Origin: an uncultured Bacteroidales bacterium
GTDB taxonomy: Bacteria > Bacteroidota > Bacteroidia > Bacteroidales > VadinHA17
Length of the DNA stretch: 64,000 bases
Assembly (NCBI GenBank): GCA_963792925.1
Contig: CAWBYC010000005.1
Location: forward strand, 15,353 to 79,352
Direction: 5' to 3'
Part shown: positions 1 through 10,619 of the stretch, one piece after another
How positions within the stretch are numbered: position 1 is the stretch's first letter
How the letters are laid out: every line of letters begins with the position of its first letter
Notes under the pieces: model-generated
What the model was told of the DNA's origin: nothing
The model's database searches: none
What the model saw: only the letters and a program-made list of their open reading frames with translations
Program-made: the position numbers and the translations under genes

Positions 1-274
1 GATTGCAGTCGGCGCGCACGCGCACCTGGCCCCCTGGCTGGAAGTCGAGCGCGTAGCGTTCGGGCGCGTCGGGCACGATCCGGCGGCCGTCCGCCATCTG
101 CGTGCCCTGCCACGTCCACACGGTATTGGTGAGCAGCGCGTCGCCCGATGCGGCCATCGGCGGCGGCGGCGCGTTGATGCGGCCGGGAAGCATCGGGGTG
201 CCGGTATCGGTCGCCGCGCAGGCGGCCAGCGCCAGCGCGAGCGCAGCGGGCAGGACAACTCGACGGAAGCGCAT
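1..274 (-). CDS. lipoprotein with META/HslJ-like domain, N-terminal part only (gene continues past the left edge)
   Basis: Minus-strand ATG at 272-274 gives MRFRRVVLPAALALALAACAATDTG (signal peptide, lipobox LAAC). It continues LLTNTVWTWQGTQMADGRRIVPDAPERYALDFQPGGQVRVRADCN, which fits the W..L...F...G...CN pattern of META domains. The frame is open to the window edge, so it is absent from the ORF track. Confidence 0.5.
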   Translation of the reverse strand, partial: MRFRRVVLPAALALALAACAATDTGTPMLPGRINAPPPPMAASGDALLTNTVWTWQGTQMADGRRIVPDAPERYALDFQPGGQVRVRADCN

Positions 275-323
275 CGGGGTCTCCGGGGGCGTAGGGGATT
301 GCGGGGACGCGGCGCGGCGCCGT

Positions 324-1187
324 TCAGCGCCGCGGCGGATGGCCGCCGAGCGCGGCGGTGATGTCGGCGGCGATGTCGCGCACCAGGCAGCCCAGCTGCT
401 CGACGCGCTCCGGCGTGATCCGCGACGTCGGACCGGCGAGCGAGATCGCGGCCCAGGCCTCGCCGTTCTCGTCCCAGATCGGGGCCGCGACGCAGCGCAG
501 GCCGTCGGCGTGCTCCTCGTCGTCGATCGCGTAGCCGCGTTCGCGGGTGGCGGCGAGTTCCTGCGCCAGGCGCTCGCCGTCGGTGAACGTGCGCGCGGTG
601 TGGCGGCCGAGACCACGGCGCGCCAGCGCCGCGCGGGCCACCGCGTCCGGCATCGCCGCGAGCATCGCCTTGCCCACGCCGGATGCGTGCAGCGGCGCGC
701 GGGCGCCGAGCTTGGTCGACATCCGCATCAGTTCGCGGCACTGGACCTGCTCGACGAACACGGCCTCGCCGTCGTCGATGACGGCGAGGTTGGTCGTCTC
801 GCCGGCGCGCTCCATCAGGCGCTTGAGGTGCGGGTACGCCTGCACCACCAGGTTGCGGTGATCGAGGAACGCGCTGCCCACGCGGAACGCGCGCACGCCG
901 ACCAGCCATTCGCCGCCCGGGCCCTGCTGGACGTAGCCTGCCTGCTCCAGCGTGGCGAGCAGGCGGTGCGCGGTGGGGGTCGGCAGCGCGAGGCGCTCGG
1001 CGACGGCGGTGAGCGTCGCGCCGACCTCGGTGGCGGCGAGCGCCTCGAGCAGCGCGAGGCCGCGCGACAGCGCCTGGGTGTGGCCCGCCCCCGCGGGCAC
1101 GTCCCGGCCGCGGGCCGCCGGGCGCGCGGGGGCCGGCTTCGGCCGGTTGCGGCGGGCGGGGCGGGTGGCTTTGGGCTTGATCGGCAT
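324..1187 (-). CDS. IclR family transcriptional regulator
   Basis: ORF 324..1187 is intact. It has a winged HTH (TLTAVAERLALPTPTAHRLLATLEQAGYV) and IclR effector-domain stretches (NLAVIDDGEAVFVEQV, LHASGVGKAML, YAIDDEEHADGLRCVAAPI). Confidence 0.85.
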   Translation of the reverse strand: MPIKPKATRPARRNRPKPAPARPAARGRDVPAGAGHTQALSRGLALLEALAATEVGATLTAVAERLALPTPTAHRLLATLEQAGYVQQGPGGEWLVGVRAFRVGSAFLDHRNLVVQAYPHLKRLMERAGETTNLAVIDDGEAVFVEQVQCRELMRMSTKLGARAPLHASGVGKAMLAAMPDAVARAALARRGLGRHTARTFTDGERLAQELAATRERGYAIDDEEHADGLRCVAAPIWDENGEAWAAISLAGPTSRITPERVEQLGCLVRDIAADITAALGGHPPRR

Positions 1188-1297
1188 GGCGGTCGCCCCT
1201 GGATTCTAGCATCGGCGGCGTACGTGAAAGCCGCTTTCACATTCCGCTGCCGTGCCTGATGCTCGGCGCGCATCGGCACAAGGGGCGCCACACCGGG

Positions 1298-2883
1298 TTA
1301 CGAGGACCAGGCGGCGAGTGCGCGCCAGAACAGCCACGCGCCGGCCGCGAGCGTGAGCGCACTCCACGCCCACACGAGCGCGTCCGAGCGCCGGAACGGC
1401 GCCGGCAGCAGGTCGGGATCGCGCAGCGCGTCGGGAAACGGCCGCGGCGGCACCGGCGACGATCTGCGCTTCGGCCGGATCGGCGGGCACGAGGTGCGCG
1501 ATATTCCCAGGTGGTCACCGCCGGCGCGTTGCCGAACGCGCGGCTCGACGGGAACTGCGGAAAGCGCAGGAAGGCGATGGTGTCGACGTCGGTCGCGAGC
1601 ATCCGCGCGAGGCGGCCGCGGGTGCCGGCGCCGGTCGGTGCCGGCCGTCGCGTCGCCGGCAAGCGCGAGCAGGCCGGCGCCGGCCTCCTCGAACGCCGCG
1701 GCCGGCATCAGTCGCGTCTGGTCCTCGAGCAGGTAGTCGCAGGCGGTCTGCGCCTTGCCGAGCGAGCGCTGGGTGGCGAGGAAATACGGGAACGCGATGG
1801 CGGCGAGCAGCGCGGCTCGTCGCCCCGCGCGCCGGCAGGTTCCAGCCGAGCGCGCGCAGGACGTCGACGCTGATGCCGGTGCAGTTCATCGTCGCGTGCT
1901 GATAGACGAGCTGATGCCGGTAGAACTGGTTGTAGACGCGGTTGAGCGCGCCCTGCAGCAGCACCGCGGCGCGATCCGAGCGAGCACCGCGACCAGCAGG
2001 TACGAAGGCCGGTACCAGCCCTGGCCGCTGTTGAGGTCGGCGAGATAGTTGTCGAGCGGCAGGGGCGCGGCGAGGATGCCCTTTTCGCTTTCGACGTCGA
2101 GCGAGTAGAAGTTGTTGACGAGCCAGTCGCCGATGGCGCCGTCCGCCTCGGGTGCGGCCGGTGACGAGCGCGAAATGGCCGGCGTGCGCCTCGTCGTCGT
2201 CGCCCTGCGCGCCGTTGACCATGATGCCGATCGACCGCACGTCCCGGCGCGATCGCGGCATCCGGCGCCGCGTTGCCACAGCGTGCCCGCGGCGAAGGGG
2301 CTGCGCGCGCCGCCGTCGCGGCTCGGCGCGCAGCAGCGCGCGCAGCGCTTCGGCGCGCGGCGTCGCGGCCGCGAGCGCCAGCGCGCGGCGGCGACGCGAC
2401 CAGCCGGAAATCCTCGGGCCACAGCGTGCGCGCGACGAAGCGCCCGTCGGCCAGCGTCGCCGCGCAGCTTGAGCGTCGCGCGCGGCGAAGAAGCGCGCCG
2501 AGGAGCCGTCGAAGTACGAGCGGTTGAGCGCGATGCTTCGGCGCGAGCCGAAGGCAGCGGTCACGCCGCCGGCGCAATGAGCGTGCCGGCATCGGCGGCA
2601 GCCGCGCGCCGCGCGGCGACCTGCGGCGCGGCGACCCACACCAGCGGCGGATAGTCGAGCGGCGCCGACTCGGCGGCTGCGCCGCGGCCCACGCGCGCAC
2701 GTCGTCGGCGGCGCGCACGCCGGGCGCGAATCGCCGGCGACGGGTAGTCCGGCCGCGGCACCGCGATCGTCTCGCGCTCGAAATACCACGCGCCTGGCGG
2801 ATCGTCGCGCAGTCGCCGCAGCGGCCGTCGGTCAGCCGGAACGGCGCGGCGGGGTAAAGCCCGAATGCGCGGCCGGCGGCCAC
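1298..2883 (-). CDS. conserved hypothetical protein, family not recognised, reading frame broken several times
   Basis: Protein-like stretches are spread over minus-strand ORFs 1298..1708, 1515..2789, 1708..2883 and 1886..2422. Examples are GAIGDWLVNNFYSLDVESEKGILAAPLPLDNYLADLNSGQGWYRPSYLLVAVL, NRVYNQFYRHQLVYQHATMNCTGISVDVLRALGWNLPA and a C-terminal TM helix ALVWAWSALTLAAGAWLFW. Confidence 0.3.
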
Positions 2884-2940
2884 GGCCGAGTCCGCCGGCC
2901 GGCATTGCGGTCCGGCAGCCGGCGCGGTCGCGGTCGACGG

Positions 2941-4092
2941 TCAATGCGAGCGCGAACGACCCGCGCGCGATCGACGGGCCGCGCGCCGGATCGGCGCACG
3001 CGCGGCCGGCGCGCTCAACGCACCGTCACGCGCGGCGAGCCGGAGCGTGATCTCGCCGATCACCGCGGCGTCGCGCGAAGCCTTCGGCGCGGAACACCGC
3101 GAGCACCTCGTCGACGGCCTCCGGCGCGCAGGCGACCAGCAGTCCGCCGCAGGTCTGCGGGTCGGTGAGCAGCGCGCGCTCGGCGTCGGCGACCGGGCGC
3201 GCCGAGGTCGACGCTCGTCGCCGTAGCCGGCCCAGTTGCGCGCCGACGCGCCGGTGACGCAGCCGCGCGCGCGAGCTCGCAGCGCGCCGGGATGCAGCGG
3301 CACGCGCGCGAAGTCGACGCGCGCGCCGACGTCGCGACGCCGCGGCAGACCTCGAGCAGGTGGCCGAGCAGGCCGAAGCCGGTGACGTCGGTCAGCGCAT
3401 GCACCGCGGCCATGCGCGCCGAGCGCGATGCCGGGCGTGTTGAGCTGCGTCGTGCTCGCGATCATCGTCGCGATAGCCTGTCGCGGCGGCAGCTGCCCTT
3501 CTTCAGCGCCGCGCTGTAGATGCCCACGCCGAGCGGCTTGCCGAGCATCAGCTTGTCGCCCGGCGCGCGCGCCGGCGTTGCGCTTGACGTTGCTGCGGGT
3601 GCGACGAGGCCGATGGCGACCAGCCCGTAGATCGGCTCGACCGAATCGATCGTGTGGCCGCCGGCGATCGGGATGCCGGCCTGCGCGCAGACCGATTCGC
3701 CGCCCTCGAGGATCCGGCGGATCGTGTCGCAGCGGCAGCTTGTCGATCGGCATGCCGACCATCGCCAGCGCGAACAGCGGCGTGCCGCCCATCGCGTAGA
3801 CGTCGGAGATCGCGTTGGTCGCGGCGATGCGCGCCGAAGTCGAACGGATCGTCGACGATCGGCATGAAGAAGTCGGTGGTCGCGACGATCGCCTGCGTGT
3901 CGTTGATCTGGTACACGGCGGCATCGTCGGAGGTCTCGATGCCGACCAGCAGTCGCTGCGGCAGCAGCGCGGCGCCGGCCTTGCCAGGATCTGCTGCAGC
4001 ACGCCGGGCGCGATCTTGCAGCCGCAGCCGCCGCCGTGGCTGAACTGCGTCAGGCGCAACGGCGCGATCTCGGGAGCGTTCATCGCCTGCAT
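2941..4092 (-). CDS. selD: selenide, water dikinase (selenophosphate synthetase), Cys-type, frame-disrupted
   Basis: The N-terminus [24 protein letters not shown] is the SelD active-site loop. [27 protein letters not shown] lies in another frame (ORF 3548..3916). [33 protein letters not shown] returns to the first frame, and the tail AVIGEITL is also present. Confidence 0.8.
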   Translation of the reverse strand: MQAMNAPEIAPLRLTQFSHGGGCGCKIAPGVLQQILARPAPRCCRSDCWSASRPPTMPPCTRSTTRRRSSRPPTSSCRSSTIRSTSARIAATNAISDVYAMGGTPLFALAMVGMPIDKLPLRHDPPDPRGRRIGLRAGRHPDRRRPHDRFGRADLRAGRHRPRRTRSNVKRNAGARAGRQADARQAARRGHLQRGAEEGQLPPRQAIATMIASTTQLNTPGIALGAHGRGACADRRHRLRPARPPARGLPRRRDVGARVDFARVPLHPGALRARARGCVTGASARNWAGYGDERRPRRARSPTPSARCSPTRRPAADCWSPARRRPSTRCSRCSAPKASRDAAVIGEITLRLAARDGALSAPAARAPIRRAARRSRAGRSRSH

Positions 4093-4096
4093 CGCC

Positions 4097-5316
4097 TCAG
4101 AATTTGAAGAGGCCCTTCAGGCCCTTCACCGCCTCGTCGACCGGATTCGGCGGCTTGCTGTCCGGCGGCGAAGCGCCGGGGGGCGTTCCCCGCCGAACCC
4201 GGCGGCAGCGCGCCGCGCCGGGGCGCCTCGCCGTCCTCGCCCATGCCCAGCGGCACCATGCCGGTCGACTTGACGCGCACCCGCGCCGTCCAGACCTGTT
4301 CCCACGGCACTTTCGGATCGGCCGGGCGCGGCGGATGGACGAGGTCGAGTTCCTCGCCGTAGGCGATGGTCTGCACCATCGCACCCTCCACGCCGTCGAA
4401 GACGCCGGCCGGGATCGCGCAGCTCGTCGTCGTGGCCGGCAGCACGACCTTGTCCGCGATCATCCGGCGCAGGAAATTGTTGGGCAGGTACGTCATCAGG
4501 CCCCAGCCGGGGTCCTGCAGCTCGCTCGAACTCCAGATGATCAGCTCGCCGGTGCTCTCGCGGTGGCCCATCGCCTGCAGGAAGTATCCCTGCGCATTCG
4601 GGATCGGCTTCCAGGCGATGGCGAACGGGCCGGGGAACTCGCCCTGGGCGGCGGCTTCGAACGGCGCGAGGAAATCCTGTCGCGCGCCGATGGCGAACCG
4701 GATGTCCGGCGTCGCGCTGCCGTGAACGTACTGGTCGCCGACGATCGATGCGGCGGGCGGAACCGGCTGGGGGTCACGCGGGTTGGGCCAGCGCAGCTGC
4801 GCATTGCGCAGCGCGCCCGGCCCGGCGGGGGAGAGCGGCCGCGCAGCGCCTCGCCGAACTGCGCGAGCGACATCTGCTGCGTGTCGGCGACTTTCGGCTG
4901 CCCGGGACGGATCGCGTCGCCGCAACCCCAGTACACCAGCATCCGCGCTTTCGGCTTTTCCGGCGTGCGCTCGGGTCCGGCACGCCGCGCCCGCCGGTCG
5001 TCGGCGGCGGAGGGCAGCAGCGGCAGGGACTTGCCCATGGCCTGCCCGGCGGGATGTCGTGGTCGGCCGCCGGGGTCGCGCCCGGCTGCGTCGAGGACAG
5101 TCCGAGGAAGAGCTCCTTGGTCGGGCCGCCGCCCATCCCGCCCGGCATCATCATCCCGGCGAGGCCGCCGGCCGGCATGCCCGGGATCGACATGTTGCGC
5201 GTGCCGAGGTCGATCTCGTAACGCGCGACGGGCGGCTTGACGACCTGTTGCGCGGCCGCGGTCGCGGCAAGCAGCAGAATCGCGGCAAACGTCACTGCGG
5301 ACTCGGTGAGCTTCAT
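4097..5316 (-). CDS. secreted hypothetical protein, frame-disrupted
   Basis: ORF 4774..5316 starts with the signal peptide MKLTESAVTFAAILLLAATAAAQQ. The protein continues in ORF 4080..4925 (FAIAWKPIPNAQGYFLQAMGHRESTGELIIWSSSELQDPGWGLMTYLPNNFLRRMIADKVVLPATTTSCAIPAGVF). It ends in the ORF 4097..4384 frame (PPNPVDEAVKGLKGLFKF). The stop lies 5 nt before the selD start. Confidence 0.45.
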
Positions 5317-5651
5317 GATGGTCGGCGGAAGGGTGGGGGCCGGGATGCGGCGCCGGACGTGTCACGCGCGACGCGCGCAGCCGCAATGATACGCGCGCCG
5401 GCGCAAGAAACGGCACGCCTGCGCCCGCAGCGCGCGGCGCCGGCGCGAAACGAACGCTAACCGGAGCCCTTTCTCTCCAAAGGCTGACGCAGATCAAACC
5501 TCCCGGGGCTCCCGCGCTTTCAGTGGGCAATACGCCGGCGTAGCATCCACGCAACGTGTCCGCGATCCCCGATGTTTCCGACCAGCACTGTCGGACATCC
5601 CGCGTTGCCGGCCGCGCGGTTCGACCGCAAATCTCCAAGAGGACGCCAGGC

Positions 5652-6520
5652 ATGTCCAATTTCGAAATCGTGACGCGCGAGGACTTCTCCGACGTCACGT
5701 ACCTGCTGGAAATCAAGCATCCGCTGATGGCGCGCGCCGCGCGGGCGGGACAGTTCGTGATCGTCATGTCGCACGAGGAGGGCGAGCGCATCCCGCTCAC
5801 CATCGCCGATTACGACCGCGCCAAGGGCACCATCACCCTGGTGATCCAGGCGGTCGGCAAGACGACGCGCGAGATGCAGCAGACTGCAAGGTCGGCACGT
5901 CGCTCTACGGCGTCGTCGGCCCGATGGGCATCCCCAGCCCGATCGGCAAGGCCAAGAAGGTGATGTGCGTCGGCGGCGGGCTCGGCGTTGCGCCGATCTT
6001 CCCGCAGGCCCGCGCGCTTCAAGGAGGCCGGCGCCTACGTGATCGGCGTCTCGGCTTCCGCACCAAGGACCTGATCTTCTGGGAGGACAAGTTCCGCGCG
6101 GTCTGCGACGAGTTCAACCTGTGCACCGACGACGGCTCGGCCGGCATCAAGGGCATCATCACCGAGGGCGTGAAGCGCGCGATTGAGAAGCACGCCGACA
6201 TCGACGAGTGCGTCGCGATCGGCCCGCCGGTGATGATGAAGGGCGTCGCCGAGGCGACCCGGCCGCACAAGATCAAGACCATCGTCAGCCTCAATCCGCT
6301 GATGGTCGACGGCACCGGCATGTGCGGCGGCTGCCGCGTCAAGGTGGTGGCCAGGTGAAGTTCGCCTGCGTGGACGGACCGGACTTCGACGCGCACGAAG
6401 TGGACTTCGACGACTTGCTGACGCGGCTGCGCCGGTTCATCCCGGAGGAGAAGGAGGCGATGGAGCGCTGGCGGAGAACTGCCGCATCCGCGGGCAGGTG
6501 GACGCGATCAAGCCGCCCGC
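5652..6520 (+). CDS. sulfide/dihydroorotate dehydrogenase-like FAD/NAD-binding protein (PyrK/NfnA-type partner of GltD-like subunits), frame-disrupted, 3' end lost at block junction
   Basis: ATG at 5652 gives MSNFEIVTREDFSDVTYLLEIKHPLMARAARAGQFVIVM...ERIPLTIADYD...GTITLVIQAVGKTTREM. It continues GGGLGVAPIFPQARA and VAIGPPVMMKGV. The C-terminal Fe-S motif is MVDGTGMCGGCRV..KFACVDGPDFDAHEVDFD. The protein is spread over ORFs 5556..5963, 5924..6358 and 6208..6876. Confidence 0.7.
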
Positions 6521-6563
6521 CCCCAAGCAACCGACCTCGAGCGGTATTGAGCCATGGCCAAGT

Positions 6564-6662
6564 CAGGCGGGCAACGAGTCCAGCCAATGTGCCGCCCGAT
6601 TCGGCAAGCAGTTGCTCGCGAACGGCGTGCAATTCGTCAAGAATCGGTTGTCTCTTCGCCAT
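6564..6662 (-). CDS. small partner ORF of the PIN gene, truncated by the block A/B junction
   Basis: Minus-strand ATG at 6660-6662 gives MAKRQPILDELHAVREQLLAESGGTLAGLVARL. After that the sequence character changes. The ORF overlaps the PIN gene stop. Confidence 0.3.
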
Positions 6663-7143
6663 GGGAGTCACCACCCAGGAATTCGGCGGGCGTGCAGATC
6701 AGCAACTGCCCCAAACCCTCGTGATTCAGCACTTGGTAAATTCGAGGAAGTTCGTGGGCGTTCGCGATGTGTTTGCAGTTCAACGTCAACAGGTATTTTA
6801 CACCGCCCAGGGCAGCGGCGGCAACGTGCAAGGCATCGGCGGCCGCCTTCGCTGGCATCGTGTGAGCCGCCAGTAATCGTGAGGCAAGGGCTTCGGTATC
6901 GGCGTTGATCTCGACGAGGGGGAGCCCATCCAGCAGTTTCAGTCGATCCGCCGCCGCGCTGGCGTCACCAGCCGACGCTTCATCCAGAGTCAATTGTGAC
7001 GTGACAACCTCGAACTTCGGACGCTCCGTCGTCCACCAGTCGCGTGCTTGCTGCTGCAACGCAGCCGTTTCAAGATCGCGGCTCGGCCACGCGGACGCGA
7101 AGCTGACGATCGAGGTTTCAATGTAGACAGAATCAATATCCAT
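6637..7143 (-). CDS. PIN-domain protein (VapC-like toxin)
   Basis: ORF 6637..7143 has an N-terminal acidic start MDIDSVYIETSIV, a central LTLDEA and a C-terminal AADALHVAAAALGGVKYLLTLNCKHIAN. This layout is typical of PIN ribonuclease toxins. Confidence 0.7.
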   Translation of the reverse strand: MDIDSVYIETSIVSFASAWPSRDLETAALQQQARDWWTTERPKFEVVTSQLTLDEASAGDASAAADRLKLLDGLPLVEINADTEALASRLLAAHTMPAKAAADALHVAAAALGGVKYLLTLNCKHIANAHELPRIYQVLNHEGLGQLLICTPAEFLGGDSHGEETTDS

Positions 7144-8135
7144 CGGAGAATTGTTTCACGACAAATAATACAGCTCACCCTGCTGCGACGACTGCGGGCA
7201 GCAATGAGGGAAATTCTACCTGCCCGCCGAGTCAGGTGCAGCGCCTGGTTTTGCCAAGTTGCGCACGGGCCACGCTTCTCCCTGCGAAAGGTGCATAATA
7301 CGTCGTGGGGATGCCTGTTTGGGAAAAGCTCGAAATGGTAGTCCGGGTCGTCCCCGGCAGCACCGGACTCCAAAAACGTCGCGAAGTCTGCGAGAAATTC
7401 GCCCCAGCCGGAAGCAAGGACGCACTTGTGATCCTCATCCCGACCGAAATTGATCACCTGTCCGACCGTGCCTGCCGGGCCCGGTGCCAAATCCACTCCG
7501 AGGTAGTCGGACCCGGCGCTTTTCGCCAGCGGAATCCAGCCGGGATTGGCATAGTCGAGCGCGACCGCATTTGCTGGGAACGACTTCCTATGAGATCGGT
7601 AATCATCGTTCATATCCTCCAACCCCCTCCACCCTTCCCACTCGGTGATCACCGAACTTATTGAGAGAAGGTCGTCGCTGAGAAGAAAACCGCCTGAATC
7701 TCCGTCGTGGATCGCGAAGGATTCGCTGACGTCGGCGGGTAACGCTTGCCCGATTGCTTGCTCAAGGGCCTCAATTTCTTCAGGCGATGAGCCAGGGTTG
7801 AGTCCGCTGAATAACTCCGGGGAGTGCATTTCGAGCCATCGCTCCACTCGCGCCCAAGCACTCCGAGCAGAAACCGCCAGCCAATGCGCGAGCGGATGCC
7901 GCCCTACGGCTGTGCACCATTCCTCGGAAAGTCCTTCACGGGCGCTACAATATCGAGCGAAGAATTCGTGCCACTGCGGGAATCCGACGGGCTGGGCGCT
8001 CAGTTCGCACTCGGCGCGGATGAACTCCCATCCGCGCCGCCCGTTCTCCTTCAGCCAATCGGCGAAGAGAAGCCGGGTGGCGTAGTCTTCTGGGGCTGCG
8101 GCGATCGCTGCCAGGAACGCGGACTCGTTGCTCAT
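6990..8135 (-). CDS. TIGR02996-domain / SMI1-KNR4 (SUKH-1) fusion protein; 3' end uncertain (ORF runs into the PIN gene)
   Basis: The start ATG at 8133-8135 gives MSNESAFLAAIAAAPEDYATRLLFADWLKENGR, the planctomycete TIGR02996 N-terminal domain. A SUKH-like core follows: PEEIEALEQAIGQALPADVSESFAIHDG ... WIPLAKSAGSDYLGVDLAPGPAGTVGQVINFGRDEDHKCVLASGWGEFLADF. Confidence 0.65.
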   Translation of the reverse strand: MSNESAFLAAIAAAPEDYATRLLFADWLKENGRRGWEFIRAECELSAQPVGFPQWHEFFARYCSAREGLSEEWCTAVGRHPLAHWLAVSARSAWARVERWLEMHSPELFSGLNPGSSPEEIEALEQAIGQALPADVSESFAIHDGDSGGFLLSDDLLSISSVITEWEGWRGLEDMNDDYRSHRKSFPANAVALDYANPGWIPLAKSAGSDYLGVDLAPGPAGTVGQVINFGRDEDHKCVLASGWGEFLADFATFLESGAAGDDPDYHFELFPNRHPHDVLCTFRREKRGPCATWQNQALHLTRRAGRISLIAARSRRSRVSCIICRETILRWILILSTLKPRSSASRPRGRAAILKRLRCSSKHATGGRRSVRSSRLSRHN

Positions 8136-8290
8136 GCACACTCCCGCGGCCGAACTTGTGTATTTCCTGACCCATTCGGAATAACGTGCCCACGTTATCC
8201 GAAAACGAGAACTCATCGAAATCAGCCGGGCTCTTCACGTTCCGCCCGTCGTTGTTCAAGACGCGAATATACACCATCGGCGAATCCAAC

Positions 8291-9322
8291 TCAGACCCCC
8301 GACCGAATAAACACCTCATCCCCGTCCTTCACCACGTAATCCTTCCCCACGACGTGATTCAACCCCGCCGCTTTGAGGTCGCGTTCCGAACCCAGCCGCA
8401 GCAGGTCGTCGACGGGCCAGACTTCGGCTCGCACGAAACCGCGGGCCAGGTCGCTGTGGATTGTGTCGGCCGCTTCCAGCACCGTGGAACCCCGCTTCAG
8501 CAGCCAGGCGTGGACTTCCTTTTCGCCGGACGTGTAGAACGTGATCTGCTCGGTGACGGTGAAGATCTCCCGCAGCAGTTTGCCGCGGCACGGTTCGCCC
8601 AGCCCCATTTCGGCGGCGAATTCCGCCCGGTCGGCTTCCGGCAGCGACTGCACTTCCAGCTCCAGCCCGAACGGGGCCGCCAGCACGTGGAAGCCCTTCG
8701 CCTGCAACGCCGCCGCCTGTTCGTCGTGCGTGCCGGCTTCGGCCGTGTTCAACACGATCAGTTGCCGCTTGCGGCTGAGCAACGAAAACGACCGCGTCGC
8801 TTTGTCCTGCGCTTCGCTGAATTCGAGGTCGAGCAGCGGCTCGCCCGCGTCGAGTTTCTCCGCCAACGGCAGCAGCGCATCGAGTTCGGCCTGCAGCTCC
8901 GCCCGGTCAGGCCGCGGCTTCAGGACGTCTTTCTTCAGCTTGTCGATGCGGTTCGTCATCACCTGCAGGTCGGCCAGCAGGGCGTCGTCGTTGAACGCCT
9001 CGGCTTCGGCCAGCACGTCGCAGCCGGTGAAGGCGCCGATGACGTGCACCATCGCCGTCGCCTCGCGGATCACGCCGAGCCGTTGGCCGTTGCCTTCCTG
9101 CGTTTTGCGATTCAGGCCGGGGGTGTCCAGCAGTTCGATTTTCGCCGGCACGGTCTTCTTCGGCTTGTGATGGGCGACGAGCCGGTCGTAGCGGTCGTCC
9201 GGCACGACGGCGACGCCGAGCTGCCCGGACTGCACCTTGGCGACGTCCGGTTCCTGCCCGGTGAGCAACTGGAAGACGGTGCTCTTGCCGCTTCCCTGGT
9301 ATCCGACGAGTCCGATTTTCAT
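8291..9322 (-). CDS. ychF: redox-regulated ATPase YchF family GTP/ATP-binding protein
   Basis: MKIGLVGYQGSGKSTVF carries the P-loop. The C-terminal TGS/DUF933 part is ITFYTSGEKEVHAWLLKRGSTVLEAADTIHSDLARGFVRAEV...GKDYVVKDGDEVFI. The ORF is intact. Confidence 0.85.
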   Translation of the reverse strand: MKIGLVGYQGSGKSTVFQLLTGQEPDVAKVQSGQLGVAVVPDDRYDRLVAHHKPKKTVPAKIELLDTPGLNRKTQEGNGQRLGVIREATAMVHVIGAFTGCDVLAEAEAFNDDALLADLQVMTNRIDKLKKDVLKPRPDRAELQAELDALLPLAEKLDAGEPLLDLEFSEAQDKATRSFSLLSRKRQLIVLNTAEAGTHDEQAAALQAKGFHVLAAPFGLELEVQSLPEADRAEFAAEMGLGEPCRGKLLREIFTVTEQITFYTSGEKEVHAWLLKRGSTVLEAADTIHSDLARGFVRAEVWPVDDLLRLGSERDLKAAGLNHVVGKDYVVKDGDEVFIRSGV

Positions 9323-9455
9323 GCCGTTCTCTTTGGTCAACTGCGTGGCGAAGCCGTTGAAGCGAAGCATTCCCCGTCAACCGCGGATTGACGTGTCACT
9401 CCACTTTGCGAGGCCTCGGAGCCGCAGCTTGGCGGTGGTTCGATGATTCCCAATT

Positions 9456-10481
9456 TCAGAAGTCGTTTACGGTTTCGCCACCATTGCGGCTGCCGAGCGC
9501 ACGCCACACGCCGGCGTTGATACTGTCGCTGACGAACTGCACGTGCCCGTCGCAGTACAGGGCGTGTACGCCGCCGGCGTGCCGGCTGCGTGCGGCGACG
9601 TTCAGGGACAGTCGATCCCACCAGTAATTCGTGCGGTTGCTGTGCGGGAGTCCTCCGCGACAATCGACGTCCGGGTCGTTGGGGGGCCGCATGTGATTGT
9701 ACATCGAGTGTCCTGGGGCGCCGTAGAGCCATTTGCTCCCGCGCGTCTGCTGCAATTTCAACCCCGCCAGATGGCACTGCCCGGCGTAATCGGTGAGTTC
9801 GGGCCCGTTGGTTGCGTTGTCGTTGCCGGCGGTCAGGACGAAGCCGTTGGTCCGGCTCACGCCGTCCCAGGTCGTCGGTCCCCCTTCGGATTTGATCGTT
9901 TCGCTGATGCAGACGGTGCTGCTGGATCCATCGGTCACGTCGGCGAACCGCACGCTGGAGTTTTCGAAGAACACGCCGGTGACGGGAACGCCGCCGGGAT
10001 TGCGGGGAGAGAGCGGATACGTGGTGCCGGTACTCAGCGGATAATTGTGGACCGCACTATCGACGATGACGCCGTCCACGACCGTCGATTGCAAGATGCG
10101 GTAGGAATCGCTGGGGCAGAGAAAGAACGGTATCGTCTGGCTCAAGGCCAACCCGTTCGAAGCGGCGTCGTCGGGATCGGCGTTGAAATTCACCCGCGCA
10201 TACAGAGGGGTCGCGTCGAGGTAGGGGAGCAGGTGCGCATAAGCCGAAAAGCAACGTCCCTGCCCATCCACCATTCTTCTCATGCGGCCCGGGGGAAACC
10301 GGCCGTGCGCTTCGTGGTAGTTGTTCAACGCCAGGCCAATCTGCTTGAGGTGATTCCGGCATTGAAGTCGCCGGGCGGCTTCCCGGGCCGCTTGCACCGC
10401 GGGGAGCAAGAGCGCGACCAGGATACCGATGATGGCGATCACCACCAGCAGTTCGATCAGGGTGAACGCACGGTGCGCCAA
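9456..10481 (-). CDS. DUF1559 protein with prepilin-type N-terminal cleavage/methylation domain (H-X9-DG)
   Basis: AFTLIELLVVIAIIGILVALLLPAVQAAREAARRLQCRNHLKQIGLALNNYH is present, with C-terminal HAGGVHALYCDGHVQFVSDSI. The likely start is TTG at 10479-10481, preceded by AGGAG 7 nt upstream. The ORF track extends the frame to 10613. Confidence 0.85.
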   Translation of the reverse strand: MAHRAFTLIELLVVIAIIGILVALLLPAVQAAREAARRLQCRNHLKQIGLALNNYHEAHGRFPPGRMRRMVDGQGRCFSAYAHLLPYLDATPLYARVNFNADPDDAASNGLALSQTIPFFLCPSDSYRILQSTVVDGVIVDSAVHNYPLSTGTTYPLSPRNPGGVPVTGVFFENSSVRFADVTDGSSSTVCISETIKSEGGPTTWDGVSRTNGFVLTAGNDNATNGPELTDYAGQCHLAGLKLQQTRGSKWLYGAPGHSMYNHMRPPNDPDVDCRGGLPHSNRTNYWWDRLSLNVAARSRHAGGVHALYCDGHVQFVSDSINAGVWRALGSRNGGETVNDF

Positions 10482-10619
10482 TGGGGGACTCCTGTGGTGA
10501 ACTTCGGCGATGGCACTGTGAGGGACAGGTTCGGCGTCCACGCGACGTCGTGGGGAATTCCTTTCAACGGGACGCATCTCGTGCGAAAGGGCTGTCGCAC
10601 GACGATCTTTCACAAACTT

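Noticed and set aside
4018-4026. Selenocysteine (TGA) at the SelD active site.
   Set aside because: The active-site loop reads GGGCGCK with ordinary Cys codons. No in-frame TGA or SECIS-like hairpin is needed.
1-6500. Blocks A and C as horizontally acquired genomic islands within a planctomycete chromosome.
   Set aside because: Genes are truncated exactly at both composition breaks. There are no integrase, tRNA or direct-repeat boundaries. The compositional and taxonomic jumps are too extreme. Artificial concatenation or misassembly is the simpler explanation.
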